This document shows, one piece after another, positions 1 to 13,165 of a stretch of 64,000 bases of DNA. Each line of letters starts with the position of its first letter. Position 1 is the stretch's first letter. The DNA is from Amphiscolops sp. MND2022 (taxonomy: Eukaryota), in the NCBI GenBank assembly GCA_964187785.1, contig OZ076409.1, positions 1,798,001 through 1,862,000 of the forward strand. The letters are read 5' to 3'. The position numbers were made by a program, and so were the translations under genes. The notes under the pieces were generated by a model. That model ran no database searches, was not told the DNA's origin, and saw only the letters and a program-made list of their open reading frames with translations.

Positions 1-479
1 TCACCACGCCATACTGAAACAATGCTTTTGTGCAGCATGTTCAAATGTCTTTGAACTTGCTGGAATCGGTACAAAGCCGATTCAACTTGCGTTACCTTTT
101 TACCGGTTTCAATTAATAAGTCAAGGAAAGAGTTGCTCCCCAGACAATGACTTGTCTGGTACCTGCTAAAGTAACTTTAATGTTTTGTGAATCCCTTCCT
201 AGGACACTTAGAGTTGAAATAACATGGGAGACAGGCACTGCTCGGGTCAATCAATTATTAAACTTTCACTGCTAGCTGCTGGTTCCTTCATGAGCCGTAA
301 TCTTGTAACTAAGCCATAATTCCCATTCCTGTTAACTTTTTTTAACTTAATCTTCAATGTAAACCAACTTTGCTTTATACTTGAACAACTAATCAATTAA
401 TTGTTCAATCCATTCATCAGCCTTTTATGCTCCCAAGTTAGCAGCCACAAATCACCCTTTGTGCACGCGGGCACAAACA
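1..479 (+). repeat. 5' LTR of BEL/Pao element (partial)
   Basis: Ends ...GCACAAACA; about 97-98% identical to 7987-8466. Confidence 0.95.
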
Positions 480-481
480 TA

Positions 482-495
482 CTCTACCAACTGAG
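482..495 (+). promoter_or_regulatory. Atypical primer-binding-site candidate complementary to a tRNA D-arm
   Basis: CTCTACCAACTGAG, 2 nt after the LTR, is the reverse complement of CTCAGTTGGTAGAG (tRNA D-arm consensus, e.g. tRNA-Tyr). No TGG-type PBS adjacent to the LTR. Confidence 0.5.
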
Positions 496-1182
496 ATTCG
501 CTTTCTTTTCTGGCTGTCTGGAGGAGTGACCGTTGTGAAGTCGTGATCGAAACAACACTTTCGTTTGGTGGAGGACGGCAGGGCAAGGTTCTGGTTTCTT
601 GGACTGGCCTTTTGTTTTTGGGTGGAGCACGTCAACCGTTCCGCTGGAAGATTCAGTCCCTACAACCTTTAGTAGTTCCTCTACTTATTTATTATCTTCA
701 ACTCCATCGTCGCAGCGTTGTTCGTCGCAGTAACGAGTTGGTGTTCGTCGCAGTAACGACATGGGTTTGCGTCGCAGAAACGATGATGAAGAATGCAGTT
801 GCCCGTTCGAGGGTCGTGAGTTGTGAACTTAGAACTTTGTTTTTGGCATCAGCGCCATTTTTTGTCCTTTCGTCTTTCCCTTTAGCCAGCATCAGCGCTG
901 TACGTACTCTCAATTCCGAAAATCTTGCCTTTTGTTTTTTGCTAAATTTTTCTGTGCTGATTCATTCGAATTTTTCTAAAGCCTTTTCCATTTCATTGAT
1001 TAGAAAAGTACTTATTTGAGCAAAACCGCTTTGAAAACTGAAAGCCCATTATTTTGTGCTTTAACTTTTGAACGTTTTTGATTTTTTCCAAACCAAACGT
1101 TAATTTTCGCAGTTTGTATTCATTTTGGGCTCAGTTTTTCACTTTTCCTGTGATTTGCCCTTCGTGCTGTTTTTTCAATTCA

Positions 1183-1313
1183 TCGAGCCCTATGCTCCCT
1201 CATTAATTTTGTTCGAGCCTTATGCTCTGTTAATCTCCTAATCGAGCCTTATGCTGTATTGATCTCTTATCGAGCCATATGCTCTTTCATTCCCTTATTG
1301 AGCCCTATGCTCT
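1183..1313 (+). repeat. Five ~29-bp tandem units in BEL leader, core TCGAGCC(C/T/A)TATGCT
   Basis: Core repeated five times, with variable pyrimidine-rich ~14-nt linkers. Confidence 0.85.
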
Positions 1314-1806
1314 TGTTTCCTTCACGTTACATGTTGCCTTCATTTCCGTGCCTTGCCATTTTAGTAACCCGAATCAGTAGCTAGCTTGGGTTTTCGCAAA
1401 TTTTGGGTGTAGTACCGTGTTTCTCATTTTTCTTCCTTTGTCCTCACATACGGGATAACAAAACAAAGTTAGGACAGAAGTTTTTCTCTCTTTTTTTGTT
1501 TTTGTACGGTAGCACAAGAGGCAGAGGTACAACTGGATGTACTCTAACTTTTGTTTCGGTAGCCTACAAAATTAGTTTCTTTTTCGGAACAAAAGGAGTT
1601 GATAGTGCACAAAGTACTCCGACTCCTGTTGTTTTCGTCTCTGACGGATCGCCCACTGAAACTTTTTTTTTGAATTTGAAACTTTTGAAACATCAGTTTG
1701 AAGTTTGAGGATCGTGCGAGTTCAGCTTTGTGTGTTGATTTTTTGTCAGTGTTTGATAAGCGAGTTTGAAAGATTTTGAAAATAGTTGGTTGAGCGAACA
1801 TTCGAA

Positions 1807-4800
1807 ATGCCAGAAAAGATTGAAAAACTTCTTTTGGATAGAGGAAAGTCTATAAAAAAGTTATTTGAGTCCCTTGATGCTCTCGATGACAATGTCAATC
1901 GAAGTTGCCGAAGAATAAAAATACAGGCCTTGATTGACGAATGTGTCAACTTGCAACATATCGTTGCAGAGAAAAATACAAAGTTGTCAAAAAGTGATTC
2001 CGAAGGTGTTCGCGCAGAAGCAACTGCTAACGCGGAACAAGTGAATGATCGTTGTAAGCAATCGCTTGAAGAAGCACGTAACTATGTCTTTGCGCAGTCC
2101 CCAAAAAGTCCGAAATCAAAACAGTCTACTAAACACTCCAAAACTCTAGTAAAGCTCGCGCCCTAGTTGAATTGCAACTAGAACAAGAGGAGCTGGAAAG
2201 ACAAGCTGAGGCGCAGAAAAAGTTATTAGAAGCTGAAATTCACATGAAAGCCTTACAAATTGAAGAAGCTACGCGTAAAAAGGTACAAGCTGCAAAAGAT
2301 AAAGCTTGTTTAGCCAGCATTGAGGACGATGAGTCAGATAACGATCCGGAAGAGTCAGTGATTTCAGCAAAAGAGAATGCTGCTACTAAAACCGCAAAAT
2401 GGGTCAATGACATAGTAGCAAATCGTGAAAGTACTGAAGTTCGTTCTGAACCGATTTTGTCTTTTGCAAAAACGGCCGTTACCAGTGCTGGCACTTTTCC
2501 TCTTAGTAGTTCTTCAAATTTTGTACCAAACCAGCAAACAACTCAATTGAACTGTACTAGGAATCCACCTCCTGGCTTTGTGAACAAGCCGATCTTTTCG
2601 AATTGTGCCCCAGCTCAAAACGTGCAATTTCACGTTCCAAATTCTTCAACTACTAATGCAGTTCCTACTTTGGTTCCTCCATCGAACCATGCACTTCCAA
2701 CTGTGCAAACTGGATTACCTGCGGCGAACTTACAATCTTTTTTCGATACTCGTTTGTTTCAGGAATCTTTACCAAAACTTAATCTTGAAAGTTTTTCGGG
2801 AGATCCATTGAAATGGCCCGAATGGAAGGGCATGTTCCAATCAACTTGTTGTCATCCATCTGTTTCAAATGATCACAAGATGCGATACTTGAAGCTTTTC
2901 ACAGCCGGGAAAGCCAAAGCGACAATAGAGGGTTTTGGTTTTGGTGGTAATTTTTTCGAGCAAGCTTTCGGTGCCCTGCAGCGACGCTTTGGCTCACCCC
3001 ACTTAGTCGTAGGTGCACAAAGAGACAAGATGAGTAAGCATCCGCCTGTCAAAATGCACAATTCGGAAGCGATCATTGAGTTCTCCCAGGCAGTGGATGC
3101 ATTTGTATCCGTTCTCTCGTCCGAGCAGTATTTTAGTGACTTGCAATCCTCTAGTAATTTGTCTCTTCTTGTGTCTAAACTCTCTATAAATCTTAGAGAA
3201 CAGTGGTTCGCATTCACTGAGAACTCGAAATCTGCAGTGAATTTAGTTAGTTTTCGTGATTGGCTACAGAAGAAAGCGATGATTCATGAACGCTTTCTCT
3301 TATCATCTACAAAGACAGAAAAATGTGAACAAAAACCTGAAAGGGTTCGGAGAGCAAACGTCTTTGCAACTAGTGTCTCCAACTCAACCGATAAACAACG
3401 AAATAACCAAAATTCATGTCCCCTTTGTCAGGGTAGTCATAAACTGTCGAAGTGCGGTGCATTTCTCGGCAAATCTGTTAAGCAACGAAGTACGTTCGCA
3501 CGAGATAGTAAACTCTGTTTTTCCTGCCTTCAAGCCGGTCATATGTCTAAGGATTGTAAGATGGATTTGAAGTGCATCAAAAAAGGTTGCAAAAAGTCCC
3601 ACAATGTTCTTTTACACATTGAAAACAGCGAGAAGTCTGGCAAAGCCACCGGAATAGCTACTGCGTCAGAAAACTCCATCGCTTCTTGTACTGTTGCGCA
3701 AGCTCGCAGAGGAGCCTTGCAGGTATTAGAAATTGGTTTGAGGAATGGTTCCTCTGAAGCAAAGGCTTGGGCACTTTGTGATACCGGGAGTACCCATTCG
3801 TGGGTGTCTGAGAAGTTGCGTTCTGAAATGGGTTTGAAGGGTTCTCATGAAGTTGTTTTTGTTCGCGGTGTTACTGGGACCATTGAAGGTAGCACTCGTT
3901 GTGTAGATTTGGAACTTTTTTCGTTAGAGGATAACAAATTTGTTCCATTGAAATTTTCTGCTTTGGTGAGACCCGGTTTGTACTTGGGCAATGAAAAACT
4001 AGATCTTCGGAATCTCAAACATGATTGCTCGCATCTGAAACATGTTGTTGCTGACGTTATTGATTACTCCAAAATTTCAGTGATCCTTGGTCAAGATGTG
4101 TTCTCAGCCATCTGTCCTATTGGTTATAGTACTTCGGATAAACATTTTCCATGGGCCGTCCAGTTACCTATCGGTTGGGTTGTTAGCGGACCGCTGCCTA
4201 ATTGCAAACAACTGAAGGAAAGTTGTTGCATGTTTTCTTCTACTGAAACCAATTCGGATAAAAGCGATGGATGCGCCGAACATTTGTCATCCCAAGTGTC
4301 AATGTGGTGGGCGCTTGAGTCCTACTCTTCGTTTGTCAATGTACAGCCGAGATCTAAAAGTGACAAACAGGCTTTGAAAATTTTGAACGAGACATGTCAC
4401 TTCAATGGTTCTCGTTATTCAGTTGGAATGCTGTGGCAAGCTGAACACATCAAACTGCCGAATAATTTTGGGCAAGCCAAAGCCCACCTTTTAAGTCTCG
4501 AAAGACGATAAGAAAAAACTCCCGAAATCAAATCTCTTTATTCTGAAACAATAAAAGCAGACCTTGCCAAAGGTTATGTACGCAATCTGTCACTTGAGGA
4601 AGTAAAGTCCACTTTGAATTCGCAACAATGGTATCTTCCTCACCATCCCGTGCAAAATCCACATAAACCTGATAAACTCAGGCGTGTTTGCAATGCTGCG
4701 TGTAGGTTCAGTGGAACTTCTTTGAATGATGTGTTGTTGCCCGGTCCAGATTTGTTGTGCGATCTTATTGGAATTTTGATACGTTTTCGTTTGTTCCCTG

Positions 4801-7636
4801 TTGCAGTGTGTGGAGACATAGAAGCAATGTTCATGCAAGTCGAAGTCCCTGTGCATGAGCAGAATTTTCTAAGATTTTTGTGGCGGGAGGGTGTCTCTGA
4901 TGAGATTGAAATTTTTCAATATACCCGACACATCTTCGGAGCGAAGTCTTCCCCAACTTGCGCTAACTTTGCTGTGCAAAAAGTAGCAAGCGATAACAAA
5001 GATGATTTTCCTCAAGCCGCCGAATCGGTTTTGACTCATTTTATGTCGATGATTTTTTGAAGTCTTTCGCATCAGCCGATAAAGACATTGAAGTCATGAC
5101 TCAGTTAGTTGAGATGATGAAACGGGGTGGGTTCAACTTGACCAAATTCATCACGAATAGCGAATCAGTATTTGAGTCAAAACACGAAGACATAAATTTT
5201 GCAAATCCATCCTTTTCTGACGTTGGAAGTGTTAGCGTTCTTGGGCTCAACTGGGATACGCGAGATGATACTTTTTCTGTGTCTCGTGGTGTTTCGAACG
5301 ACCTTCCGGCCAAGTTAACCCAACGTAAAATTATCTCTTCAGTCTCTTCAGTTTACGATCCGTTAGGCATCGTAGCCCCGTTCACCATTCGCGGTCGTTT
5401 AACCCTAAAAGATTTGTGGTGTTGCATAGGACAGTCATGGGACACTGTCGTTCCGCAAAACATCAATGACTTGTTCCATGAATGGAATGGTGAGAAAGAT
5501 GTCATTCCAAACGTGAAGTTAGCTCGTTGTATTTTTACTCAGTCCAGTCATTCAAACATTGAACTTCACAGTTTTGTTGATGCATCCCAAGCAGCCATGT
5601 GTGTTGTGGTTTATGTGCGAGCCATGTGTAATGAAGAAGTGTTTGTGAATTTTGTAGTCGGGAAGTGCCGCGTTGCACCCATCCGTTCTAGCACGATAGC
5701 GAAGCTTGAGTTACAAGCAGCCTTGATTGGCATGCGACTTTGTACAGCAGTCAAGTCCTTCTTGCCGTTCGATGTTGAACGTTGTTGGTTTTGGAGCGAC
5801 AGTTCCACGGTCATTCATTGGATTTATTTCTCTCACAAAAAACTCGCAGTTTTCGTAGCAAATCGGGTCGCAGAAATCCTCGATAACACAACGGTTGATC
5901 AGTGGCGGTTTGCACCCGGAATTTTGAATCCTGCCGACCTTGGCACGAGAGGATTGAAGTGTAATGAAATAATGAGTACGGAGTGGCTCACTGGAGCCTC
6001 TTTTCTGAAACTTGACCAGAACCAGTGGCCGAAGACAGATCTTCCCATTCAGGAAAATTCATTTCTGACGGCAACAGTCGCCGGTGATTCTCTGTTGTCT
6101 TCACTGTTTTCACACTTGTGGTCCAGGTTTTCGAGTTTTGCAAAACTTTGTCGGATCGTAGCTTACGTCAAACGCTTCAGTGATCGATTATTGTCATCAC
6201 GCGGTGGTAAGCAGTGCGAAGCTCAAGAGAGTAGTTGTTCTCTTTCCGCTCATGAGTTAGCATCGGCCGAACATGTGATTTGGGAACATGTTCAGGCAGA
6301 GTCTTTCAGTAATGAAATCAAAGCGTTGAAAAAAGAGCAACCTGTTGCGAACTCATCCAGGATCGCTCCTTTGCTGCCATTTTTGTCAAGCGGGCTTTTG
6401 AGAGCCCAAGGCCGAGTTCGGAAGGCTTCATTCCTTCCTTTTGAGCAGAAGCATCCTATTATACTTTCTGCCACCCATCCAGCGGTGAAAGCTTTTTTGC
6501 GCAAAGTTCATGTCACCGATAACTTCCATGAAGGCATTGAGTACCTACGGTCAGTAATACAGCAAAGGTTTTGGATCCTCGGGTTGAGGTGTGAACTTAG
6601 ACGGATTAAAATGAAATGTGTTTTGTGTAGTAAACGTCAGCCTAAGTCACTTCAACCGCAAATGGCTGACCTTTCAGTTGAGCGTTTGGGGTTCGATAAA
6701 ATGCCATTCGCTTTCACTGGCATTGACTTCTTTGGTCCATTTGAGATAAAACTTTGCCGTTCGTCGCATAAAGGATGGTGTTGTTTGTTCACGTGCCTCA
6801 CCACAAGAGCCGTGCACATTGAGGTTTGTCATGGTCTCAGTACCGATTCTTGTTTACTAGCCATACAAAGGTTCATTGCTCGCCGAGGTGTACCTTCATC
6901 TTTTGAATCAGATAAAGGCACTAACTTTGTTGGGGCTGCTCGAGAGCTTCGAGAGTTTGCATCTTTGTTGAAAAATGATACAAGTATTCATTCATTTTTA
7001 GCTGAGCGTTCTTGTCATTGGAAGTTTAACCCACCAGCATCTCCTCATTTTGGAGGAGCATGGGAGAGACTCGTCCGGTCTTGTAAGAAGGCAATGTTTG
7101 CCGTGTTGTCGAGCCGTCGTCTCACTGAAGAGACGCTTTCAACCACCATGTGCCTTGTCGAACAAATTCTCAATGCCAGACCGTTGACAGCAATTAGTTC
7201 TGATCCCCAAGACCTTGAAGCATTAACCCCTAATCATTTTTTACTTAATCGCTCGACTGTCGGTTTAACTCTACCTTCAGATTTCTCACATCGCCGTGTT
7301 TTCAAACAAGCCCAATCGCATGTTGACTGGGTATGGAAACGTTGGCTTTCGGACTATGTCCCGCAACTTCAGCGCCGTAGTAAATGGGTTTCTGATTCGT
7401 CTTGTCCCTTGGTTCTTGGTTCACTTGTTTGGATCGTGGATACCGATAGTCCTAGAGGCTCTTATCCATTGGCGCGTGTTGATAAATTGCACTTGGGCGA
7501 TGATGGTCGTGTCCGGTCCGCAACATTAAAAACGAAGTCAGGTTCATTGGTTCGTCCTTTGGTGAAGCTTGTTCCTTTACCAGACATTGGTTCCTGGGAC
7601 CAGGAACGGGGCCTGGATGTTCGGGACACGAACTAA
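1807..7636 (+). pseudogene. BEL/Pao gag-pol polyprotein, disrupted
   Basis: Motifs: CPLCQGSH, CFSCLQAGHMSKDC, CIKKGCKKSH; protease LCDTGS; RT YLPHHPV, DIEAMF, FGAKSSP, YVDD (5042-5053); RNase H FVDASQ; IN GIDFFGP, SDKGTNF, GGAWER. Lesions: frameshift near 2100-2170, in-frame TAA at 4509-4511, frameshift near 5040. Confidence 0.95.
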
Positions 7637-8466
7637 ATTAATCATGCTTTCATAGCAACCTTGAAAGAGGAGTTACTCGGATAACTCTTACGTAACCGTT
7701 CTCTTTGAACATAACAGGTCTTTACCGGTCATTCGGTTTTCGGGCTTTGCTTTTGCATTGATAAAAATGTTTTGCGTTTTACCAACGAACGTACCATTTC
7801 GGTCGTTCGTGCTCTTTTCTGGGTTCAATGCTTACTGTCGCTTACTGAACCCGGTTCTCGTTAGTTTTCGTACATAGATCGAACGTTCGTCGATACATGT
7901 CAATCACTTGAATGACATCTCAACAATTTTCATAGTGAGGTGCCTTCAGTTCAAACGTTACGTAATGTAATCATATTTCATTCAGTTCACCACGCCATAC
8001 TGAAACAATGCTTTTGTGCAGCATGTTCAAATGTCTTTGAATTTGCTGGAATCGGTACAAAGCCGATTCAACTTGCGTTACCTTTGTACCGGTTTTAAAT
8101 AATAAGTCAAGGAAAGAATTGCTTCCCAGACAATGACTTGTCTGGTACCTGCTAAAGTAACTTTAATGTTTTGTGAATCCCTTCCTAGGACACTTAGAGT
8201 TGAAATAACATGGGAGACAGGCACTGCTCGGGTCAATCAAACATTAAACTTTCACTGCTAGCTGCTGGTTCCTTCATGAGCCGTAATCTTGTAACTAAGC
8301 CATAATTCCCATTCGTGTTAACTTTCTTTTAACTTAATCTTCAATGTAAACCAACTTTGCTTTATACTTGAACAACTAATCAATTAATTTTTCAATCCAT
8401 TCATCAGCCTTTTATGCTCCCAAGTTAGCAGCCACAAATCACCCTTTGTGCACGCGGGCACAAACA
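7618..8466 (+). repeat. 3' LTR of BEL/Pao element (849 bp, TGT...ACA)
   Basis: Starts TGTTCGGG after the PPT and ends CAAACA; its last 480 bp match the window start. Confidence 0.95.
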
Positions 8467-8682
8467 ATGAGTCTAGCTCAATTGGACGACCGCTCAACTA
8501 ACCGATTGATAAATTGGAAGACTATCAGCTGTTTCTAAAATATTTTTGGTTGATTCATCTTCGCTGACAGACTCCGATTACGTAATTATTACAAGCTGTG
8601 ACCGGAACTGAAAATGGAATTCCTGCAAAATCGATCAATTGCACAGTCGTCTAACTGAGCGGTCGTCCAATTGAACGGTTCC
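8467..8682. mobile_element. Right part of a MULE-like MITE, probably interrupted by the BEL insertion
   Basis: TCAATTGGACGACCGCTCA (~8478) is inverted relative to TGAGCGGTCGTCCAATTGA (~8656); ends CGGTTCCC. Confidence 0.5.
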
Positions 8683-9319
8683 CATCAATGATAGTAGTCT
8701 CAATTTTGTTATGCAACTATAAGTCGCATCCAATCAAAAGTTAGATGTGCATCAAAATTTTGTATATGAACATGTTTACTATTTCAAATTTTTAAACGAA
8801 TACAAAAAATGAAATGATTTTGAATCAACATCAGCTCAATTTTCTCATTTCTATGAAACCTAATTTCATTCTTTTCAAATTATAAACTCCATTGTAGGTG
8901 TATTTTCGCTGTTCTGAAATTATTTTGTCGCCAAGCCGGTCAAAAACGCCGTAGGCCAATTGACCTAACACCTGTGGCGTGATCAGTAGTAGTACAATCG
9001 TGTAATGACTGGTAAAAAGGGTCGACCCAAGTACGCCAAATTTTTTTCATTCAAGTTCTTAATACTTCAATGTTTCAATCTAAATCAAGCCTTCCGGGAT
9101 ATGCTCGAAACCACTATTGTATGCAATGTTTAGACCGTTTCTCTTGTTACATTGGGGCTGGCGTGATTTGTTTTGATTTTGACCAGGTTCTGTTCTGATC
9201 AGTAATTGGTAGCTGAAAATTCAAGGCTTTATGAATTTTTTTTCTTCTCCTTTTTTCTACAGACTATACGCTCAGAACGAAAGGTCCATTTCACACAAAT
9301 TGTGCATCAGTTCTGCTCA

Positions 9320-10115
9320 CCCAGGTTTTCGATCTTTGCGAATCTGTGCAGATCTGCAGGTTTTTTGCAGATCTTTGCAGATGTGTGCAGATTCGAAAAA
9401 AGCTGACACTCTCAGAAACGAAACATAAACCCCACAGGGACGTCAAACAAATAATAAAAATGTTTAAAGCTGGAGAGAAGTCTCATTTATGTCAAAATGA
9501 TGATGATGATGTTCTGTAGCAATCTGTACAGATCTGTAGAGATTAGAGATCTTTACAGAGCCAAACAATGACCAATAAATTACTATAACGTATTCCAAAT
9601 TAACAGCAATTACTAAAATTACTCCAACAAACTATGTTGCGAAAAATAACAAAAACAACCATTTATCAACACATCGACCAACCCAGAAGGTTGCCACGTG
9701 TCAAATTGTATCTGCCGAAATGAAGTCAATATGGCAAACGAGCCTCTCAAAGTTCAACAACCACTTCTGGAAAATTCAAGTGAAATAGATAAATTACACT
9801 GTTCACCCAATACCGCACTTTCTTCAGTCACCAAAATTACCGTGAAGGGGCAAAATTTCCTTCTCGAGAATTTTGAGTGATGGAGAGTTTCAACTGACTG
9901 ACCCTAGGTCAGCCGAAATACTCGATAAAATAGTTGAAGAAGTCCAAAAATGCAGAAAAACATATTTCTGCCAAAATCTTCAAAGAAAACCTGCACACGT
10001 CTGTAAAGATCTTGCAGATCTGTATGGATCTTCAAGATTCAGTGCAACGATCTTTGCAGAACCCTGCAAAAAATCCTGCAGATCTGCACAGATTCGCAAA
10101 GATCGAAAACCTGGG
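9320..10115. mobile_element. Non-autonomous TIR element (EnSpm/CMC-like MITE)
   Basis: TIR CCCAGGTTTTCGATCTTTGCGAATCTGTGCAGATCTGCAGG with its reverse complement ending at 10115. 2-bp TSD CA. Subterminal TGCAGATCT repeats. Confidence 0.88.
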
Positions 10116-10315
10116 CAGCGTATGTTTCCGTACTTAATTAATTTTTCGTTTTCATTGTTCTTCGGACTTTTCAAAAAGTGGAAAAGTCAGAAAAATCTTC
10201 TGTTTGGATTTTTTGACGCAGTGAACTTTTTCAAGGTTTCTTCAAAAACAAATTTTGAGAAAGTTTGGCGGACATCAAGAGGGAATAAAGAAGAATGAAA
10301 AATAAAAGTTATTTC

Positions 10316-10670
10316 TAGTCGGTGCTTTTCTAGATAAAAGAGTCGACTATAGTCATGGTTTTTCGTGAGTGTTTTTTTTCGATACACCTGATGTGACAAA
10401 AATAGTTCTACCAAAAGGTCTACAAATTTTAAATTGTATCTGTTGGCCCAGGGAACTGAACCAAAAAGGTTTTTCCTTTTCCCTCGCGTAACATACATTA
10501 CCGGGCGAGACTAAAGGGTCCCCCTTCCAGTTTTTTCGGCATTGTGAGACTTTTTCAATTTTTTTTTCATAAAAGGGTCCCCAATTCACCAATACTTCGA
10601 CACCTTGAAGTCTTTTTGCCATTTTTGAGCCTTAGGTAGGGCGTCGACTTGGGCCAGTCCAGGCTTGTTT
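10316..10670 (+). mobile_element. Helentron-associated non-autonomous element (HINE/DINE-1-like)
   Basis: 5' TAGTCGGTGC; 3' GGCGTCGACTT followed by a short stem and CTTGTT. Homologous to copies at 13901, 17038 and 40274. Confidence 0.65.
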
Positions 10671-10679
10671 TTGGATGTG

Positions 10680-10988
10680 GGGAGGCATGGGGTAGTGGTT
10701 AGAGCATTCGGCTTGTAGTGGGGCGGTATCAAAAATAACGCATTTGGTGGAGAAAAGCGAAACAAAAATAGCAACGGTGAGCAGTCAGACCTTTGTGACC
10801 TTGAGCAAGTTACTTTGAAACCACAGCTTCAAGTCGACCATTGCTTGACCACTTGGCTGCAAATACGGTACCATAGTTTGCTATGGGGAGATAGTATCCG
10901 AAAGGGCACCGACTTAGAAAAGCAGAACTGCTTATTCGGCGTCCACCCCGCGGTAATGGGGAAACTAAGTTCTCTCTCTCTCTCTCTC
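10680..10988 (+). mobile_element. tRNA-derived SINE with CORE-like segment
   Basis: A-box-like TGGGGTAGTGG, CORE/MIR-like TGTGACCTTGAGCAAGTTACTT, and a (CT)n tail. Confidence 0.6.
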
Positions 10989-11167
10989 ATAAACATTGTT
11001 TTATATGATAAATAAAAACAATCGTATGACGAATGAACATTCAAAACGGACGACTCATTACATTATTATTATTCATTGTTATATAATATATTGCTTTTGA
11101 CCTCCAAAAAAATAACTTTTCTTATCTAATACATAAGTGGGCTTTTTTCCAGCTTGTTTATGGTTAC

Positions 11168-11365
11168 CCAACCCTGGTAAATGGCCTCTGGATCGTACTC
11201 CCCATTCTGCACCAGCCGGAGCAATTGCCGGACATACCTCCGGGACGCCTCCCAACATCCAGGGTGCGAGCACACGTGATCACAGACGGTGCACGGGTCC
11301 AGAAATTGCGCAAAATGTCGCAACTCGTCCGTGCTCACTTCTCGTTCTGTCGCAATCGTTGTCAT
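11168..11365 (-). CDS. Candidate first coding exon of a host gene (CDHVCSHPGCWEASRR motif)
   Basis: GC-richer island with ATG at 11365, protein-like sequence and a possible GTAAC donor near 11167. Confidence 0.4.
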
Positions 11366-11934
11366 TGCGCAATTTTTTCACAATTTTTTTCACGTGTGCA
11401 TAATTGTTTAATTGGGTAGTAAGCGAAAAGGTTGAGATGGTAGGAATGAAAGTTTGGTGTGTATTTTTGCGGTGCTTGGGTTTCGCGTTTTCATAAATAA
11501 CATCAAATACAATAAATTGATTATTAAATAAATGACAGTTAATTAATTATAATGAATTGTAAATTTAATTCGAGTAATATTTGTAGAGGTAATAGCGGTT
11601 AAGTTAATTAATTAACTAAAGAAACGAATTGATAAACACAATTTCCTATCAATTTTGATTCGAAACTAATGAATTGTTTCTAAAAATGAAGGTATGAAAA
11701 ATAAGTTTGACTAGCTGACTGATTTCGAATAAAACGAATTTTTTCAAACAGCCGGTATACGAGCATCTTTAGATAGCCAGCATTGCAAATGCATGCATTA
11801 TTTTTCATGGTGCATTGATGCATTTTACACCTGTTTAGCAATCTCATACGCAAAAGAATTTTTGCACGTACTTAAAATCCAATTGCAGTTAGTCTATCGT
11901 TTGAAGCTTAAAAACGCACGATGAAAAATTCTGC

Positions 11935-13165
11935 ATTCGATCAAACGTTCAGTCTTAATTGAAGCAGAGCTGAAATATAATTTTGATGGTATTTTGAAGC
12001 AATGGGAAATTGAAGTTGTGGTAGTTTTTGCAGTTCTTTTCATCCCAACAACTATGAAAAACAATTGAATTGATCTTTTTTGTTCCTATTAAAAGGGTTC
12101 TGCTTTTCGGAAAAAAACGTTTCCTCATTTTTGAATAGTTTTGAAAAAGTTCCGGCTTTTTTCTGTTTTCCCCTCCCCACAATCAAAATTTTGAAATGAA
12201 TTTGAAAAAAAAGGTTCGTTTCTCGAACAGGTTAGTTTAAAGTGAAATCTTTTTCTGAAACAAGAAGTTAAATTCTACTGGAAATGGTTTTTTGTTTCAA
12301 AAAAAAACATTTTTCACACACTTTGACTGTGAGTTTGTTCGAATTAACCGTTTTTTTGTGACTCAAAAAAGGAAGCTGTTGATTTCCTAATCAAGAATGA
12401 GTGATTTCATACAGAGAAAAAGTGGGAACCAAATTTGTATCTGGACCATAAACTGTCACACTGAGAACAAATTTAAAATTGAAATTTTGTGGCTTGGTTT
12501 TACGTCTTTTTGGTCCAATATATTTTTTACTTTTTGGCTCTTTTGTGTCCCCCCACCACAAATTTTTTTGGGAAAAATAATGAAAAACATAACAAAAAGA
12601 CTTGAACGCCAACCAGAAAGCTTCAATTTTATATTTATTCTCAGGGTGAGAGTTTAGGATTCAGATACAAACTATTTTCTCACTTTTGCCCTATGTAGTC
12701 ACGCTTTTTTGATTAGGAAATCAACAGCTTACTGCTTCGAGTCATCAATAAACACTTAATACGAACGTAATCATAGTCAAAATGTGTGTGTCAATGTTTT
12801 GTTCAACCAAAACAACTATTCCAATAGACCTTAACTTCCTGTTATGAAAAAAATTTACATTTAATTAGGCTAGTGTGAAGCTTTTGCTCTCAAGGAAATT
12901 TACTTATAAAAATTTTGGAAGTGGGGGAGGACAGAGCCTACTTTTTATCTGAAAAAAAATTGGTGGTGGGGGAAAACAGAAAAGAACCAAAACTCCGAAA
13001 TTTTGTTCGACAGGAGACTAAAAATCCTAATGAAAAACATTTTCCAACCCGATTGATCAACCGATAGTCCGTTTTCTTGGTTTTCGCTTATATTTTGATA
13101 AATATTTTTTTTCCAAGTTTTGCAATCCTCCAGCTTTATACTCAAATGATTGATGTTTATCGAGA
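11935..13165. repeat. Old, diverged foldback (long inverted repeat) element
   Basis: AAGCTGTTGATTTCCTAATCAA (~12373) pairs with TTGATTAGGAAATCAACAGCTT (~12709). Degenerate symmetry extends to about 12230/12870 and beyond; outer ends are approximate. Confidence 0.65.

Larger units (their letters stand above)
1..8466 (+). mobile_element. BEL/Pao LTR retrotransposon, degraded (5' LTR truncated by window edge)
   Basis: 1-479 matches 7987-8466 with about 11 differences. Gag-PR-RT-RNaseH-IN order with BEL-type triple Cys/His cluster. PPT-like GGAACGGGGCCTGGA precedes TGT at 7618. Confidence 0.97.

Noticed and set aside
1183..1313. CRISPR-like repeat/spacer look
   Set aside because: Repeats of about 15 bp and spacers of about 14 bp are too short, there are no cas genes, and it lies in a eukaryotic retrotransposon leader.
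2160..2175. Programmed frameshift in BEL gag
   Set aside because: BEL elements normally have one ORF, and this copy has other clear lesions and diverged LTRs.
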